Shown piece by piece: positions 1 to 8,894 of a DNA stretch of 32,000 nt (within the stretch, counting starts at the first letter, position 1; the number at the start of each line of letters is the position of its first letter). The notes under the pieces were generated by a model, which was not told the DNA's origin, ran no database searches, and worked only from the letters and a program-made list of their open reading frames with translations. Both the position numbers and the translations under genes were made by a program. This stretch comes from Schaalia meyeri (GTDB lineage: Bacteria; Actinomycetota; Actinomycetes; Actinomycetales; Actinomycetaceae), in contig NZ_FNLK01000003.1 of NCBI RefSeq assembly GCF_900105015.1, forward strand, positions 41,255-73,254. The letters run 5' to 3'.

Positions 1-2187
1 GTGAATCTCAGATTCGCTAACCCATGCTCCCTGGACCCGCATGGGCTTGGAGGCACCCGCGGGCAGGTAGAGGGCGTCGCCCTGACCGATGAGTTTCTCC
101 GCGCCGGGTTGGTCAAGAATCGTACGCGAGTCGGTCAGCGAGGAGGTCGCGAAGGCCAGCCGCGAGGGGATGTTCGCTTTGATGAGCCCTGTGACAACAT
201 CGACCGACGGGCGCTGAGTGGCCAGCACCAGGTGAATGCCCGCGGCGCGCGCCAGCTGCGTGATGCGCTGAATGGAAGCTTCGACGTCGCGAGGGGCGAC
301 CATCATGAGGTCGGCGAGCTCGTCGACAACCACGAGCAGGTACGGGTAGGGATGGAGGGTGCGTTGCAGGCCGGGCTTCGCCTGAACCTGCCCGGCGGCG
401 ACGGCCTTGTTGAAGTCGTCGATGTGCTTGAAGCCGTAGTCAGAGAGGTCGTCGTAGCGGGCGTCCATCTCTTTGACGACCCATTCGAGTGCTTCGGCGG
501 CCTTCTTCGGGTCGGTGATGATCGGCGAGATGAGGTGCGGGATGCCCTCGTAGATCGTCAGTTCGACGCGCTTGGGGTCAACGAGGATCATGCGCACCTG
601 CTGGGGGGTGGCGCGCATCATGATTGAGGTGATCATGGAGTTCACGAAGGAGGACTTACCGGAACCGGTTTGGCCTGCGACCAGCATGTGCGGCGTCTTG
701 GCCAGGTTGGTGACCACGTAACCGCCTTCGACGTCCTTGCCGACGCCGACGACCAGTGGATGCTGGTTGCGACGCGCGGCCGCGGAACGCAGCACATCGC
801 CGAGCGCGACGTTTTCACGGTCGGCGTTGGGGATCTCGATGCCGATGGCGCTCTTTCCGGGAATAGGCGCGAGGATGCGCACGTCCGCGGACGCCACCGC
901 GTAGGCGATGTTCTTAGAGAGGTTGGTGAGTTTGTCGACCTTGACGCCGGCCCCCAGGACCACCTCGTAGCGGGTGACCGTCGGGCCGCGGGAGAACCCG
1001 GTCACGCGCGCGTCGATGCTAAAGTCAGCGAAGACCTGTCCGAGGGCCGCGACAACCTGGTCGTTCACGGCGGAACGCGTCATGTGGGGCGGCCCGGACA
1101 CGAGCAAGTCATCGGAGGGCAGCGTGTAGGTGATGGACTCGTCCAGGTCGGGTTGGAACGCGCCCTCGGGCTCGTCAGTAATCGGCGGCGGCGCGGGTAT
1201 GTCTTCGGGCGCGGGCCCCTGCGCGGGTGCCACGGCTGGACGCATCTGGGTCAGCGTCTCGGTCGGCGCATCAGAAGAGGACTGACGAGGCCGAGGAATG
1301 GGTGCGACCGCGGGAACGCCCCCGGATTCGAGCAGGCGAGTATCGCCGACGGCCTCGGTGTCCGTCGCCTTCCGGAAGGATTCGTCGCCGTCGTACTGGT
1401 CGAGAAAGGGGTCCTCACCCGCCGCGAGATCCTTGCGCGACTGGCGGCGCGCCTTCTCGGCGGGATCCGCGACCGCCTCACTGCTGCCGTCTTCCCCCCG
1501 CTTACCCACGCCGCTCAGGTGCGCAGCCATGTCGCGTAGGCGCCCGGGAACGTCGGCGACTGCCGTACGGGTAGCGAGCAGGATCGAATAGGCCAGTAGA
1601 AGAATCATCAGGGCGCCTGCCCCCCACCCCGACAGGAGGTAGATGAGCGGGCGGGCGATGAACCAGCCGAGGATACCGCCCGCTGTCTCGATGCCGGGGT
1701 CCTGTTCGAGCCCGGGGTTTCCGTGCGAAATGTGAACCAGGCCAGTCAGGGCAAGAGAGATGCCGACGCCACCCGCGATGTGGTGGGGCAGGGCGGAACG
1801 CCCGGATCGGGCCGATACGAGCTCGACGGCCAGAGCGACGAGAAGGAGGGGCACAACCACCGAGAAGATACCGAATAGCCCCGCGGACGCGTGGTGGATC
1901 GCGTTTCCGGCCTCGCCGGAGATCTGGAACCACTCGCGCAGGGCAACAACGATCGCTGCTGCCACCGCAACGAATGCTGCCGCGTCGCGCTTGACCTGCG
2001 AATCGGTCGCTTTCCACGCCCGCGCGGCCCCGAGGGCGACCCGCCCGACGGCCGCGAAGAAGCGAGCCAGGAAGCCCCGCTGTGCGGGTTCTGGCTGGGG
2101 TGCTTGAGCTGGCCGGGGGGAGCCTCCCTTGCCGCGCGGGCGCGCGGGGGCTTTACCGGACGAGGAGCGTGGAGACGAATGTGCCAT
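1..2187 (-). CDS. ftsK: DNA translocase FtsK (N-terminal membrane region, Pro/Ala-rich linker, motor domain); the C-terminus runs off the left edge
   Basis: Absent from the ORF track because it is open at nt 1. My translation of the minus strand from ATG (CAT at 2185-2187) gives 729 stop-free codons: MAHSSPRSSSGKAPARPRGK..., then hydrophobic helices. It includes Walker A LVAGQTGSGKSSFVNSMI (about nt 640-690) and Walker B LLVVVDELADLMM, and ends ...QGAWVSESEIH at nt 1. Confidence 0.9.
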   Translation of the reverse strand, partial: MAHSSPRSSSGKAPARPRGKGGSPRPAQAPQPEPAQRGFLARFFAAVGRVALGAARAWKATDSQVKRDAAAFVAVAAAIVVALREWFQISGEAGNAIHHASAGLFGIFSVVVPLLLVALAVELVSARSGRSALPHHIAGGVGISLALTGLVHISHGNPGLEQDPGIETAGGILGWFIARPLIYLLSGWGAGALMILLLAYSILLATRTAVADVPGRLRDMAAHLSGVGKRGEDGSSEAVADPAEKARRQSRKDLAAGEDPFLDQYDGDESFRKATDTEAVGDTRLLESGGVPAVAPIPRPRQSSSDAPTETLTQMRPAVAPAQGPAPEDIPAPPPITDEPEGAFQPDLDESITYTLPSDDLLVSGPPHMTRSAVNDQVVAALGQVFADFSIDARVTGFSRGPTVTRYEVVLGAGVKVDKLTNLSKNIAYAVASADVRILAPIPGKSAIGIEIPNADRENVALGDVLRSAAARRNQHPLVVGVGKDVEGGYVVTNLAKTPHMLVAGQTGSGKSSFVNSMITSIMMRATPQQVRMILVDPKRVELTIYEGIPHLISPIITDPKKAAEALEWVVKEMDARYDDLSDYGFKHIDDFNKAVAAGQVQAKPGLQRTLHPYPYLLVVVDELADLMMVAPRDVEASIQRITQLARAAGIHLVLATQRPSVDVVTGLIKANIPSRLAFATSSLTDSRTILDQPGAEKLIGQGDALYLPAGASKPMRVQGAWVSESEIH

Positions 2188-2243
2188 GGTTGTTCCACGA
2201 TATCGCTCAAGCAGCCCCTTAGGAAGAGGCGCGCCGCGTGTCC

Positions 2244-3254
2244 TCAGCGCAAAATATTAGTAACCACACCGGTTTCGAGGACGTTTTCCACCTGATCGCG
2301 CGTGGGAACCGGCAGGGCGGACTCGTGAGAGATCGCAAGGGCGGCGCCCGCGTTCGCCATGAGGCACGCGGTCTCCAGGTCATAGCCTAAAAGGAGGCCG
2401 GCGCACATCTCCGCGATGTGTGTGTCACCTACGCCAGCGGTATCCGCGATGCGGGCATCGAATGCGGGGATCGAGATGACGGGCGCATCTGCATGGAGTT
2501 GGAGCTCGCAGCCCCTCTCCCCCACGCGGCGAACCGTCGCGGCATCGGCGCGCATGTAGGACCGAATCGTGGAACCGTGCCGGTGGGCATCGAGAGTGCT
2601 CCCCAGCGCGGCGGCCTCCCGGCTGTTCATGGTCACGATATCCGCCCGCGGGAAGATCGTCTCCCACGCCTCGACGGGAACCTGGGCGACGGCGGGCGAG
2701 ACCGACACGACAAGAGTAACGAAAGGGGGCAGGGAGGACGCCCACTCGCTCAGCTCGGAGGCGGAGTGCGCACTGGTCATGTCAGATGCCGCCACGTGGA
2801 TAACATCGCCCTCACGCAGCTTGATGTGCTCCAGAGTGTCACGCGACGGCTCCGACTCCACGCCGGCCGTGACGACCGACCGCATCGACCCGTCTTCGAC
2901 GATCAGCTGGATGACGACGCCGATATCGCCAACCAGCTCGGGGGTCAGGACATCAACCCCGGCCTCGACCAGCTGTTGGCGGACCGCAAAAGAATTGGGT
3001 CCCGTCCCCAGCGGCGACGCGGCGGCCGCCGGAACCCCCATGGCGGCTGCCGCACACAGGGTCGTAAAGCCCCCGCCCGGTCGCGAGCTAGCCGCGTCGG
3101 CGTGCACCGAACCACCACGCTCGGGCATGTACGCGATGTGCATCGGCAACACCAGCGCAACAGAGTGCGTCGAAATAAAGCGACCCAACACGGAACCTTC
3201 CTCCTCATTCAGCGCGCCATCGCCACCGGGCCACGGCCTCGTCAGCTGCTTCAA
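2244..3254 (-). CDS. PfkB-family (ribokinase-like) carbohydrate/nucleoside kinase, substrate unknown
   Basis: 336-aa ORF. It has the C-terminal PfkB signature DTAGVGDTHIAEMCAGLLLG and an N-terminal GGGF..AAAAMG segment typical of the ribokinase fold. The start is uncertain: the MKQ start at 3254 lies 5 nt after the rnj stop, and internal starts are possible. Confidence 0.6.
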   Translation of the reverse strand: MKQLTRPWPGGDGALNEEEGSVLGRFISTHSVALVLPMHIAYMPERGGSVHADAASSRPGGGFTTLCAAAAMGVPAAAASPLGTGPNSFAVRQQLVEAGVDVLTPELVGDIGVVIQLIVEDGSMRSVVTAGVESEPSRDTLEHIKLREGDVIHVAASDMTSAHSASELSEWASSLPPFVTLVVSVSPAVAQVPVEAWETIFPRADIVTMNSREAAALGSTLDAHRHGSTIRSYMRADAATVRRVGERGCELQLHADAPVISIPAFDARIADTAGVGDTHIAEMCAGLLLGYDLETACLMANAGAALAISHESALPVPTRDQVENVLETGVVTNILR

Positions 3255-3259
3255 CCAGC

Positions 3260-4954
3260 CTACTGCTCGGTAACCACCGGAACGATCATAGGCCGACGAC
3301 GCAGGCGCCGCGCAACCCAGCGACCGATCACGCGACGCATCGCCTGCTGCAGGACGTACGGGTCCTGCCCCCCGGGAGCCGCCGCTTCTGTGAGGGCCTT
3401 GGTGACGTCGGGCAGGATCTCCTCGAACACGTCATCGTCTTCGGCCATACCGATCGCGCGAATCTCGGGGCCCGCCAGCACAGTCCCAGAGTCGTGCTCG
3501 ACAACCGCGAAAATCGAGATGAAGCCCTCCGACCCCAGGGTGCGGCGAGTTTCCAGCTCATCCTCGGAAATCTCGCCGATCGAGCGGCCATCCACGTACA
3601 CGTACTCGCAGGGAACGATGCCCGACACGCGAGCCGTGCCGTCCTTTAAATCAACGGTCACGCCGTCCTCGGCCAGGACCACGTTGCGCGGGCTGATGCC
3701 CGTCTTGACGGCCAGCTGACCGTTGCCGACCAGGTGGCGAACCTCCCCGTGAATGGGCATGACGTTCTTCGGCTGGATGATGTTGTAGCAGTAAATGAGT
3801 TCCCCGGCGCTCGCGTGACCGGAGACGTGAACCTTCGCGTTTTCCTTGGACACGACGCGCGCCCCCAGCCGCGTCAGGTCGTTGATGACGCGGTACACGG
3901 AGTTCTCATTGCCCGGGATCAACGACGAAGCGAGCACGATCATGTCGCCTGGCTCGATTCGAACCGTGCGGTGGGAGCCCACCGACATACGCGAGAGGGC
4001 GGCCATGGGCTCACCCTGCGACCCCGTCGCCATGTACACGCGCTGCGAGGGCGGCAGATCACCGATCTCCTTCAGGTCCACGATGATGCCCTCGGGGATC
4101 GACAGGTAGCCCTTTTCCTCGGCGATGCGCATGTTGCGCTCCATCGAGCGCCCCACGAACGCGACGCGGCGCCCGTGATGAGCGGCTGCGTTGATGACCT
4201 GCTGGACACGGTGCACGTGGGAGGCGAAGGAAGCCACGACGATCTGACCGCCGTCGGCCTCGCCAAACACCTGATCGAGAACCGGGCCAATCTCGCGTTC
4301 GGGCGTAATGAAACCGGGAACCAGGGCGTTTGTGGAGTCAACCATGAACAGGTCAACGCCCTCCTCTCCCATACGGGCGAAGGCACGCAGGTCGGTCAGA
4401 CGGCGGTCCAGCGGCAGCTGGTCCATCTTAAAGTCGCCCGTGATCAGCACGTTACCGGCCCCGGTACGCACGAACACGGCGAGCGCGTCGGGGATCGAGT
4501 GCGTGACGGAGACAAACTCAAGGTCGAAGGGCCCCACGGTCAGGCGTTCGCCCTCCGCGACGATGGTGAGGCCGGGGTCGCTCAGGCGGTGTTCACGCAG
4601 CTTGGGGGCCACGAACGCCAGCGTCAGGTCCGAGCCGTAGATAGGGATGTCGCCGCGCAGCTTGAGCAAGTAGGGCACGGCGCCGATGTGATCCTCGTGG
4701 CCGTGCGTCAAAACCAGGCCGACGACGTCGTCCATGCGGTCCTCGATCCAGGAAAAGTCGGGCAGGATCAGGTCCACGCCCGGCTGGGTTTCCTCGGGGA
4801 AGAGAACGCCACAGTCCACGACCAAGAGCTTGCCCCGGTACTCGAGGACGTTCATGTTGCGCCCTATCTCGCCGAGACCTCCCAGCGGTATCACTCGCAA
4901 TGCGTCATCTTCCAGGGGCGCGGGCTCGCTGAGGTTCTCGTACAAAGACTTCAT
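3260..4954 (-). CDS. rnj: Ribonuclease J (metallo-beta-lactamase/beta-CASP RNase)
   Basis: Motifs LVLTHGHEDHIG, LRVIPLGGLGEIGRNMNVLEY and DCGVLFPEE; about 564 aa from ATG 4954 (MKSLYENLSEP...). The track ORF extends to a TTG at 5065, but that extension has poor third-position GC and no homologous N-terminus that I recognise. Confidence 0.9.
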   Translation of the reverse strand: MKSLYENLSEPAPLEDDALRVIPLGGLGEIGRNMNVLEYRGKLLVVDCGVLFPEETQPGVDLILPDFSWIEDRMDDVVGLVLTHGHEDHIGAVPYLLKLRGDIPIYGSDLTLAFVAPKLREHRLSDPGLTIVAEGERLTVGPFDLEFVSVTHSIPDALAVFVRTGAGNVLITGDFKMDQLPLDRRLTDLRAFARMGEEGVDLFMVDSTNALVPGFITPEREIGPVLDQVFGEADGGQIVVASFASHVHRVQQVINAAAHHGRRVAFVGRSMERNMRIAEEKGYLSIPEGIIVDLKEIGDLPPSQRVYMATGSQGEPMAALSRMSVGSHRTVRIEPGDMIVLASSLIPGNENSVYRVINDLTRLGARVVSKENAKVHVSGHASAGELIYCYNIIQPKNVMPIHGEVRHLVGNGQLAVKTGISPRNVVLAEDGVTVDLKDGTARVSGIVPCEYVYVDGRSIGEISEDELETRRTLGSEGFISIFAVVEHDSGTVLAGPEIRAIGMAEDDDVFEEILPDVTKALTEAAAPGGQDPYVLQQAMRRVIGRWVARRLRRRPMIVPVVTEQ

Positions 4955-5104
4955 GATGCCAGTCTGCCACGTCGGCGGCTCTTTGCCCGCATCGGGGAAC
5001 ATCTTAAACGGGTCGGTCCCCTCACACTTGGTAGGTGAAGCGACCCAACGCGTGCCGACGGGCAACGAAGCCGGGCAGGCCTGCGTCTCTCGGCAATACT
5101 GGGC

Positions 5105-6001
5105 TCAGACAAGCCCGGCGCGACTCATGGCGCGCCGCAGGGCACTCACCTCGGCGTCGCTGATCCCCACCATGGGCAGGCGCACGGCGGGGCTGTCGAT
5201 AACACCCTGGAGCCACAGCGCGTATTTGGCGAGGACAGCCCCCTGTCCGCCTCCCATGATGGCGTGGACCAGTGGACGCAGCGAGTAGGAAAGCTCGCGG
5301 GCCTCCCACACCCGGTCGCCATCCAACAGCTCGATCATGCGGCGGTAGTGGGTGGAAGCGATGTGGGCGACGACGGAGATAAAGCCGGAGGCGCCACCCG
5401 TCATCCACGCAAAGTTGAGGCCGTCGTCGCCCGAGTAGTACTCCAGGCCGGTACGGTGCATGCGTTCCACGCCCGTTTCGATGTCACCAGTCGAATCCTT
5501 GACGGCCCGGATGCGTGGGTGCTGGGCGAGGACGTCGAGGGTCGCATCGGAGAAGGCGATGCCCGTTCGCCCGGGAATGTCGTAGAGCATGATCGGCAGG
5601 TCGGTCGCGTTGGCGACGGCATGTACGTGGGCGCGCAGCCCCTCCTGGGAGGGGCGGTTGTAGTAGGGGGAGACGACCAGGATCCCGTCCGCTCCGTGCT
5701 CCTGGGCACCCTCTGCGATGCGTACAGCGTGCGCCGTGTCGTTCGAGCATGCGCCGCACAGAATGAACGCCCGGTTCCCCACAGCCTCACGGACCGCGTC
5801 TGTCAGGTCGTTCTTCTCCGGTTGGTGCGTCGTCGGCGACTCGCCCGTCGTGCCGGACAGCAGGATCGCGTCGCACCCTTCGTCGACCAGTTTGCCGGCC
5901 AGGCGCTGGGCGGACGTCACATCAACCTCGCCCGATTCGGTCATGGGCGTGACCATGGCGGCGGCGAGGGAACCGAAGCGGCGGGGAGGAACGTGGCTCA
6001 T
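5105..6001 (-). CDS. dapA: 4-hydroxy-tetrahydrodipicolinate synthase
   Basis: Motifs FGSLAAAMVTPM, LLSGTTGESPT, SPYYNRPSQEG and a Schiff-base Lys context AVKDSTGD. ATG at 6001 is preceded by an AGGA-type SD. The track ORF starts at GTG 6019. Confidence 0.9.
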   Translation of the reverse strand: MSHVPPRRFGSLAAAMVTPMTESGEVDVTSAQRLAGKLVDEGCDAILLSGTTGESPTTHQPEKNDLTDAVREAVGNRAFILCGACSNDTAHAVRIAEGAQEHGADGILVVSPYYNRPSQEGLRAHVHAVANATDLPIMLYDIPGRTGIAFSDATLDVLAQHPRIRAVKDSTGDIETGVERMHRTGLEYYSGDDGLNFAWMTGGASGFISVVAHIASTHYRRMIELLDGDRVWEARELSYSLRPLVHAIMGGGQGAVLAKYALWLQGVIDSPAVRLPMVGISDAEVSALRRAMSRAGLV

Positions 6002-6091
6002 GCGTCCCATCCTACGCACAACGCGCGGAGCGGGGTGCGAGAGGGCCGCATTGCGGGCGACTCACGCGCACCGTTGGGCTCCGCTGGTCCT

Positions 6092-6628
6092 TTAGTCGCA
6101 CCGTGCCCACCACATGTGCTGGGTTATCCCCTTGCCGATGCTGCGCACCGCACCCGAGGGCGCAAATCCCGCCGATGTGTAAAAGCGCTGGCGTTGCGCG
6201 TCACCCGCGCTGATCCACACGCGCAGCTGCCCTCTCGTCAGATCTGCGATGGCCGACAGCATACGCGAGGCGTGTCCGGCGCGACGGAAATCCCGATCCA
6301 CAACCAGCTCGTACACCTGCGTGGCCTCGCCCCATCCCCCGCCGGGCGCGCCCCGAGAATCCGAGGATGCCTCGTCGGGTCCCGCGAAAGCAAAGCCTAC
6401 GACCGCGTGGCCGTGCAGGGCAACGAGCAGCGCGGTGCGTGCGGGCCTGGGCGCGGACAGGGTTTCGTTCCACCGCTGCGCGAGGGATCGCTCGGTGATT
6501 CCCTGTGCCGCGAGCACCCCCTCGCCCATGAGTGTCCGCCACGCGGCCAGTTGCAGGCGCGCGATAGCCCCCTCGTCACCGCGTTGGGCGGGCCTCACCG
6601 AGCGGTCGGCGTCCACGGGAAAGCTCAC
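6092..6628 (-). CDS. GNAT-family N-acetyltransferase, target unknown
   Basis: 178 aa with acetyl-CoA motif-A-like VVDRDFRRAGHASRML and a C-terminal FYTSAGF. The GTG start overlaps the dapB TGA stop (GTGA, 6625-6628). Confidence 0.7.
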   Translation of the reverse strand: MSFPVDADRSVRPAQRGDEGAIARLQLAAWRTLMGEGVLAAQGITERSLAQRWNETLSAPRPARTALLVALHGHAVVGFAFAGPDEASSDSRGAPGGGWGEATQVYELVVDRDFRRAGHASRMLSAIADLTRGQLRVWISAGDAQRQRFYTSAGFAPSGAVRSIGKGITQHMWWARCD

Positions 6629-7365
6629 AGGTCCATGACCTCATCGAGACCGATCGTCAGGCCCGTGCGACCGATGACGCGGCGCACGCCCAGGAGGACG
6701 CCGGGCATGAAGGATGCGCGGTCGAAGGAGTCGGTGCGGATTACCAGCTGCTCGCCCTCGTTACCCAGGAGGATCTCCTCGGAGGCGGTCAGTCCGCGCA
6801 GGCGAACCGCGTGGACGGGGATGCCGTCAACGCGGCCCCCGCGTGCACCCAGCTCATCCGTCTGCGTCGCGTCGGGCATATCCCCCCACCCGGCCGCCCT
6901 GCGAGCCTGGGCCATACCGCGCGCGGTCGCAACCGCCGTGCCGGAAGGCGCGTCCACCTTGCCGGGGTGGTGCATCTCAATGACCTCTGCGGACTCGAAG
7001 TAGGGTGCCGCCATGGCCGCGAACTTCATGGCGAGCACCGCTCCCATCGCAAAGTTCGGGGCAATCAGGACGGCCTGCCCCGCCCGGCACGCGTGCTCGC
7101 TCACCCTCGCGTAGGATTCTTCCGTCCACCCGGTGGTCCCGACGACGACGTCCACTCCGGCGTCGATGAGGGCGTGCACGTTTGATTCCGTGACGGTCGG
7201 AACCGAGAAATCGACGGCGACCTGCGCGCCATTAACGCTCTGGGCGGTGATCGCGTCGCCCGCGTCAAGGAGGGCGACGACCTCCATGTCGGGCGCGTCC
7301 GTCACCGCCTGGACGACGGTGGATCCCATGCGGCCTTTGGCCCCGGTGACTGCCACGCGTATCAT
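6625..7365 (-). CDS. dapB: 4-hydroxy-tetrahydrodipicolinate reductase
   Basis: N-terminal VAVTGAKGRMG dinucleotide fold and EMHHPGKVDAPSGTA. ATG 7365 is preceded by AAGGAGGAG. Confidence 0.92.
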   Translation of the reverse strand: MIRVAVTGAKGRMGSTVVQAVTDAPDMEVVALLDAGDAITAQSVNGAQVAVDFSVPTVTESNVHALIDAGVDVVVGTTGWTEESYARVSEHACRAGQAVLIAPNFAMGAVLAMKFAAMAAPYFESAEVIEMHHPGKVDAPSGTAVATARGMAQARRAAGWGDMPDATQTDELGARGGRVDGIPVHAVRLRGLTASEEILLGNEGEQLVIRTDSFDRASFMPGVLLGVRRVIGRTGLTIGLDEVMDL

Positions 7366-7455
7366 TGCTGTCTCCTCCTTAGCGTTCGTTCATGGTGTCA
7401 GGGTATGCGCTTTGAGCGCACGATTGAAGCGCGACGTCTCACTGCCAACAGCGCT

Positions 7456-8760
7456 TTAGTCGGCGGGAAGGACCAATGCCCGGCAGTCCAGCTTGGTGGC
7501 CAGGGAAGCGGCCAGCGCTCGCACGTCGCGCGCATCAACTGCCTCAAACTCGGCGAGCGATTCGTCGATGGGGCGATAGCGTCCGATGATCTCCGAACGT
7601 CCCAGGCGCATCATTCGAGACCAGTTATCTTCGAGTCCCAGGACGACGTTCCCGCGCACCTGACCGCGCACGCGCGTCATTTCCTCCTCCGTGGGGCCGT
7701 CACTGGCGAGGTCGTGGAGCTGCGCGCGCATGATGGCCTCGACCTCGGCCGCCTTGTCGGGGCTGCACCCCGCGTACATGCCGAAGGTACCGGTGTCGGA
7801 GTACGCGACATCGAAGGCGTAGGTCGTGTACGCCAGGCCGCGCTTTTCCCGCACCTCTTGGAAGAGCCTTGAGGACATTGAGCCTCCCAGGATTGACAGC
7901 AGCACGCTCATCGTCGGGCCTGTCGGGTCCGTGGCGGACAGACCTTCGCAGCCGATCACGACGTGCGTCTGCGTCACATCGCGTCGGCGGGTGATCTCTC
8001 GTTCGTGGTCGGCGATGGGCGTTCGCGTCGTCGATCGACGAGGTCGCGGGGCAGCCGCGCCGCCCGCATCCCACGGGGATGCGTCAAGGGCCGCCTGCAC
8101 GCGCTCACACACGTGATCGTGATCGACGCTCCCCGCAGCCGCAACGATCAGGGAGGAGGGCGCGTAGTGCGCCTGGTAGTGCTCCCACACGTCAGCCCGA
8201 TCGACGCCTGAAATGGCCTGCGCAGTTCCCCCGACGGGTCGCCCGATTGGACGGTCCCCGTGGACGGCCAGCTGGAAGGCGTCGTGCACCGTGTCGGTGG
8301 GCGAGTCCTCACCCATAGCCAGCTCATCCAGGATAACGCCGCGTTCCATCGCAAAGTCCGTCCCGTCCAGGCGAGAATCGCTGACCATATCGGTCAGCGT
8401 CTCGATCGCCATGTCCAGGTCCGCGTCGCGTACGCGCGCCCAGTACGCGGTGTGTTCGCGAGCCGTTTCGGCATTCGACTCGCCGCCGACGCTGTCGAAG
8501 GAAATGGCGATGTCGAGAGCGGAACGCGCGTGCGTCCCCTTGAAGAGGAGGTGCTCAAGAAAGTGTGTCGACCCCGCAGTCCGTTCTTCCTCGTCACGCG
8601 AACCGACGGGAACCCACAGGGAGATGCCCGCACTCTTGGTCGCGGGAATCGTCTGAGTGAGGACGCGCGCCCCGCAGCCCAGGATCGTTCGATCGACACG
8701 GGTGTCCCCGTCCTCAATCGATAGGTTGTCCTCGTTAAGCGGTAGCGGCTTCGGTGTCAT
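7456..8760 (-). CDS. M16-family (insulinase/pitrilysin-like) zinc peptidase
   Basis: Inverted zinc motif HFLEHLLFKG (HxxEH) near the N-terminus; 434 aa. ATG 8760 is preceded by AGAGGAGAAG. It holds the conserved position downstream of pnp seen in actinobacteria. Confidence 0.85.
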   Translation of the reverse strand: MTPKPLPLNEDNLSIEDGDTRVDRTILGCGARVLTQTIPATKSAGISLWVPVGSRDEEERTAGSTHFLEHLLFKGTHARSALDIAISFDSVGGESNAETAREHTAYWARVRDADLDMAIETLTDMVSDSRLDGTDFAMERGVILDELAMGEDSPTDTVHDAFQLAVHGDRPIGRPVGGTAQAISGVDRADVWEHYQAHYAPSSLIVAAAGSVDHDHVCERVQAALDASPWDAGGAAAPRPRRSTTRTPIADHEREITRRRDVTQTHVVIGCEGLSATDPTGPTMSVLLSILGGSMSSRLFQEVREKRGLAYTTYAFDVAYSDTGTFGMYAGCSPDKAAEVEAIMRAQLHDLASDGPTEEEMTRVRGQVRGNVVLGLEDNWSRMMRLGRSEIIGRYRPIDESLAEFEAVDARDVRALAASLATKLDCRALVLPAD

Positions 8761-8825
8761 ACTTCTCCTCTTGGTTCCCCTCGCCCACGTGATGGGACGG
8801 GCACGAAACGATCACAGTGTAGCTG

Positions 8826-8874
8826 TAAAAGGCCCGGTGGCCGGGCGGAGCTCTCACTCCGTCAACCACCGGGC
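8826..8874 (-). terminator. Putative intrinsic terminator after pnp
   Basis: On the minus strand, a 9-bp outer stem (plus-strand GCCCGGTGG 8832-8840 with CCACCGGGC 8866-8874). An inner stem CGGAG/CTCCG lies at 8846-8850/8857-8861. The alternative minimal hairpin is GCCCGG-CCA-CCGGGC. It is followed by CTTTTAC (plus-strand AAAA 8827-8830) and lies about 20 nt after the pnp stop. Confidence 0.5.
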
Positions 8875-8894
8875 TTTCTCAGCTAACGGGATGC

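Noticed and set aside
1-1591. Plus-strand ORFs 1-627, 670-1539, 1227-1574 and 1298-1591, and minus-strand alternative-frame ORFs 1502-2017 and 1746-2210.
   Set aside because: All overlap the continuous 729-codon ftsK reading frame, which carries Walker A/B motifs and membrane helices. These alternative frames give Arg/Pro/Gly-rich nonsense.
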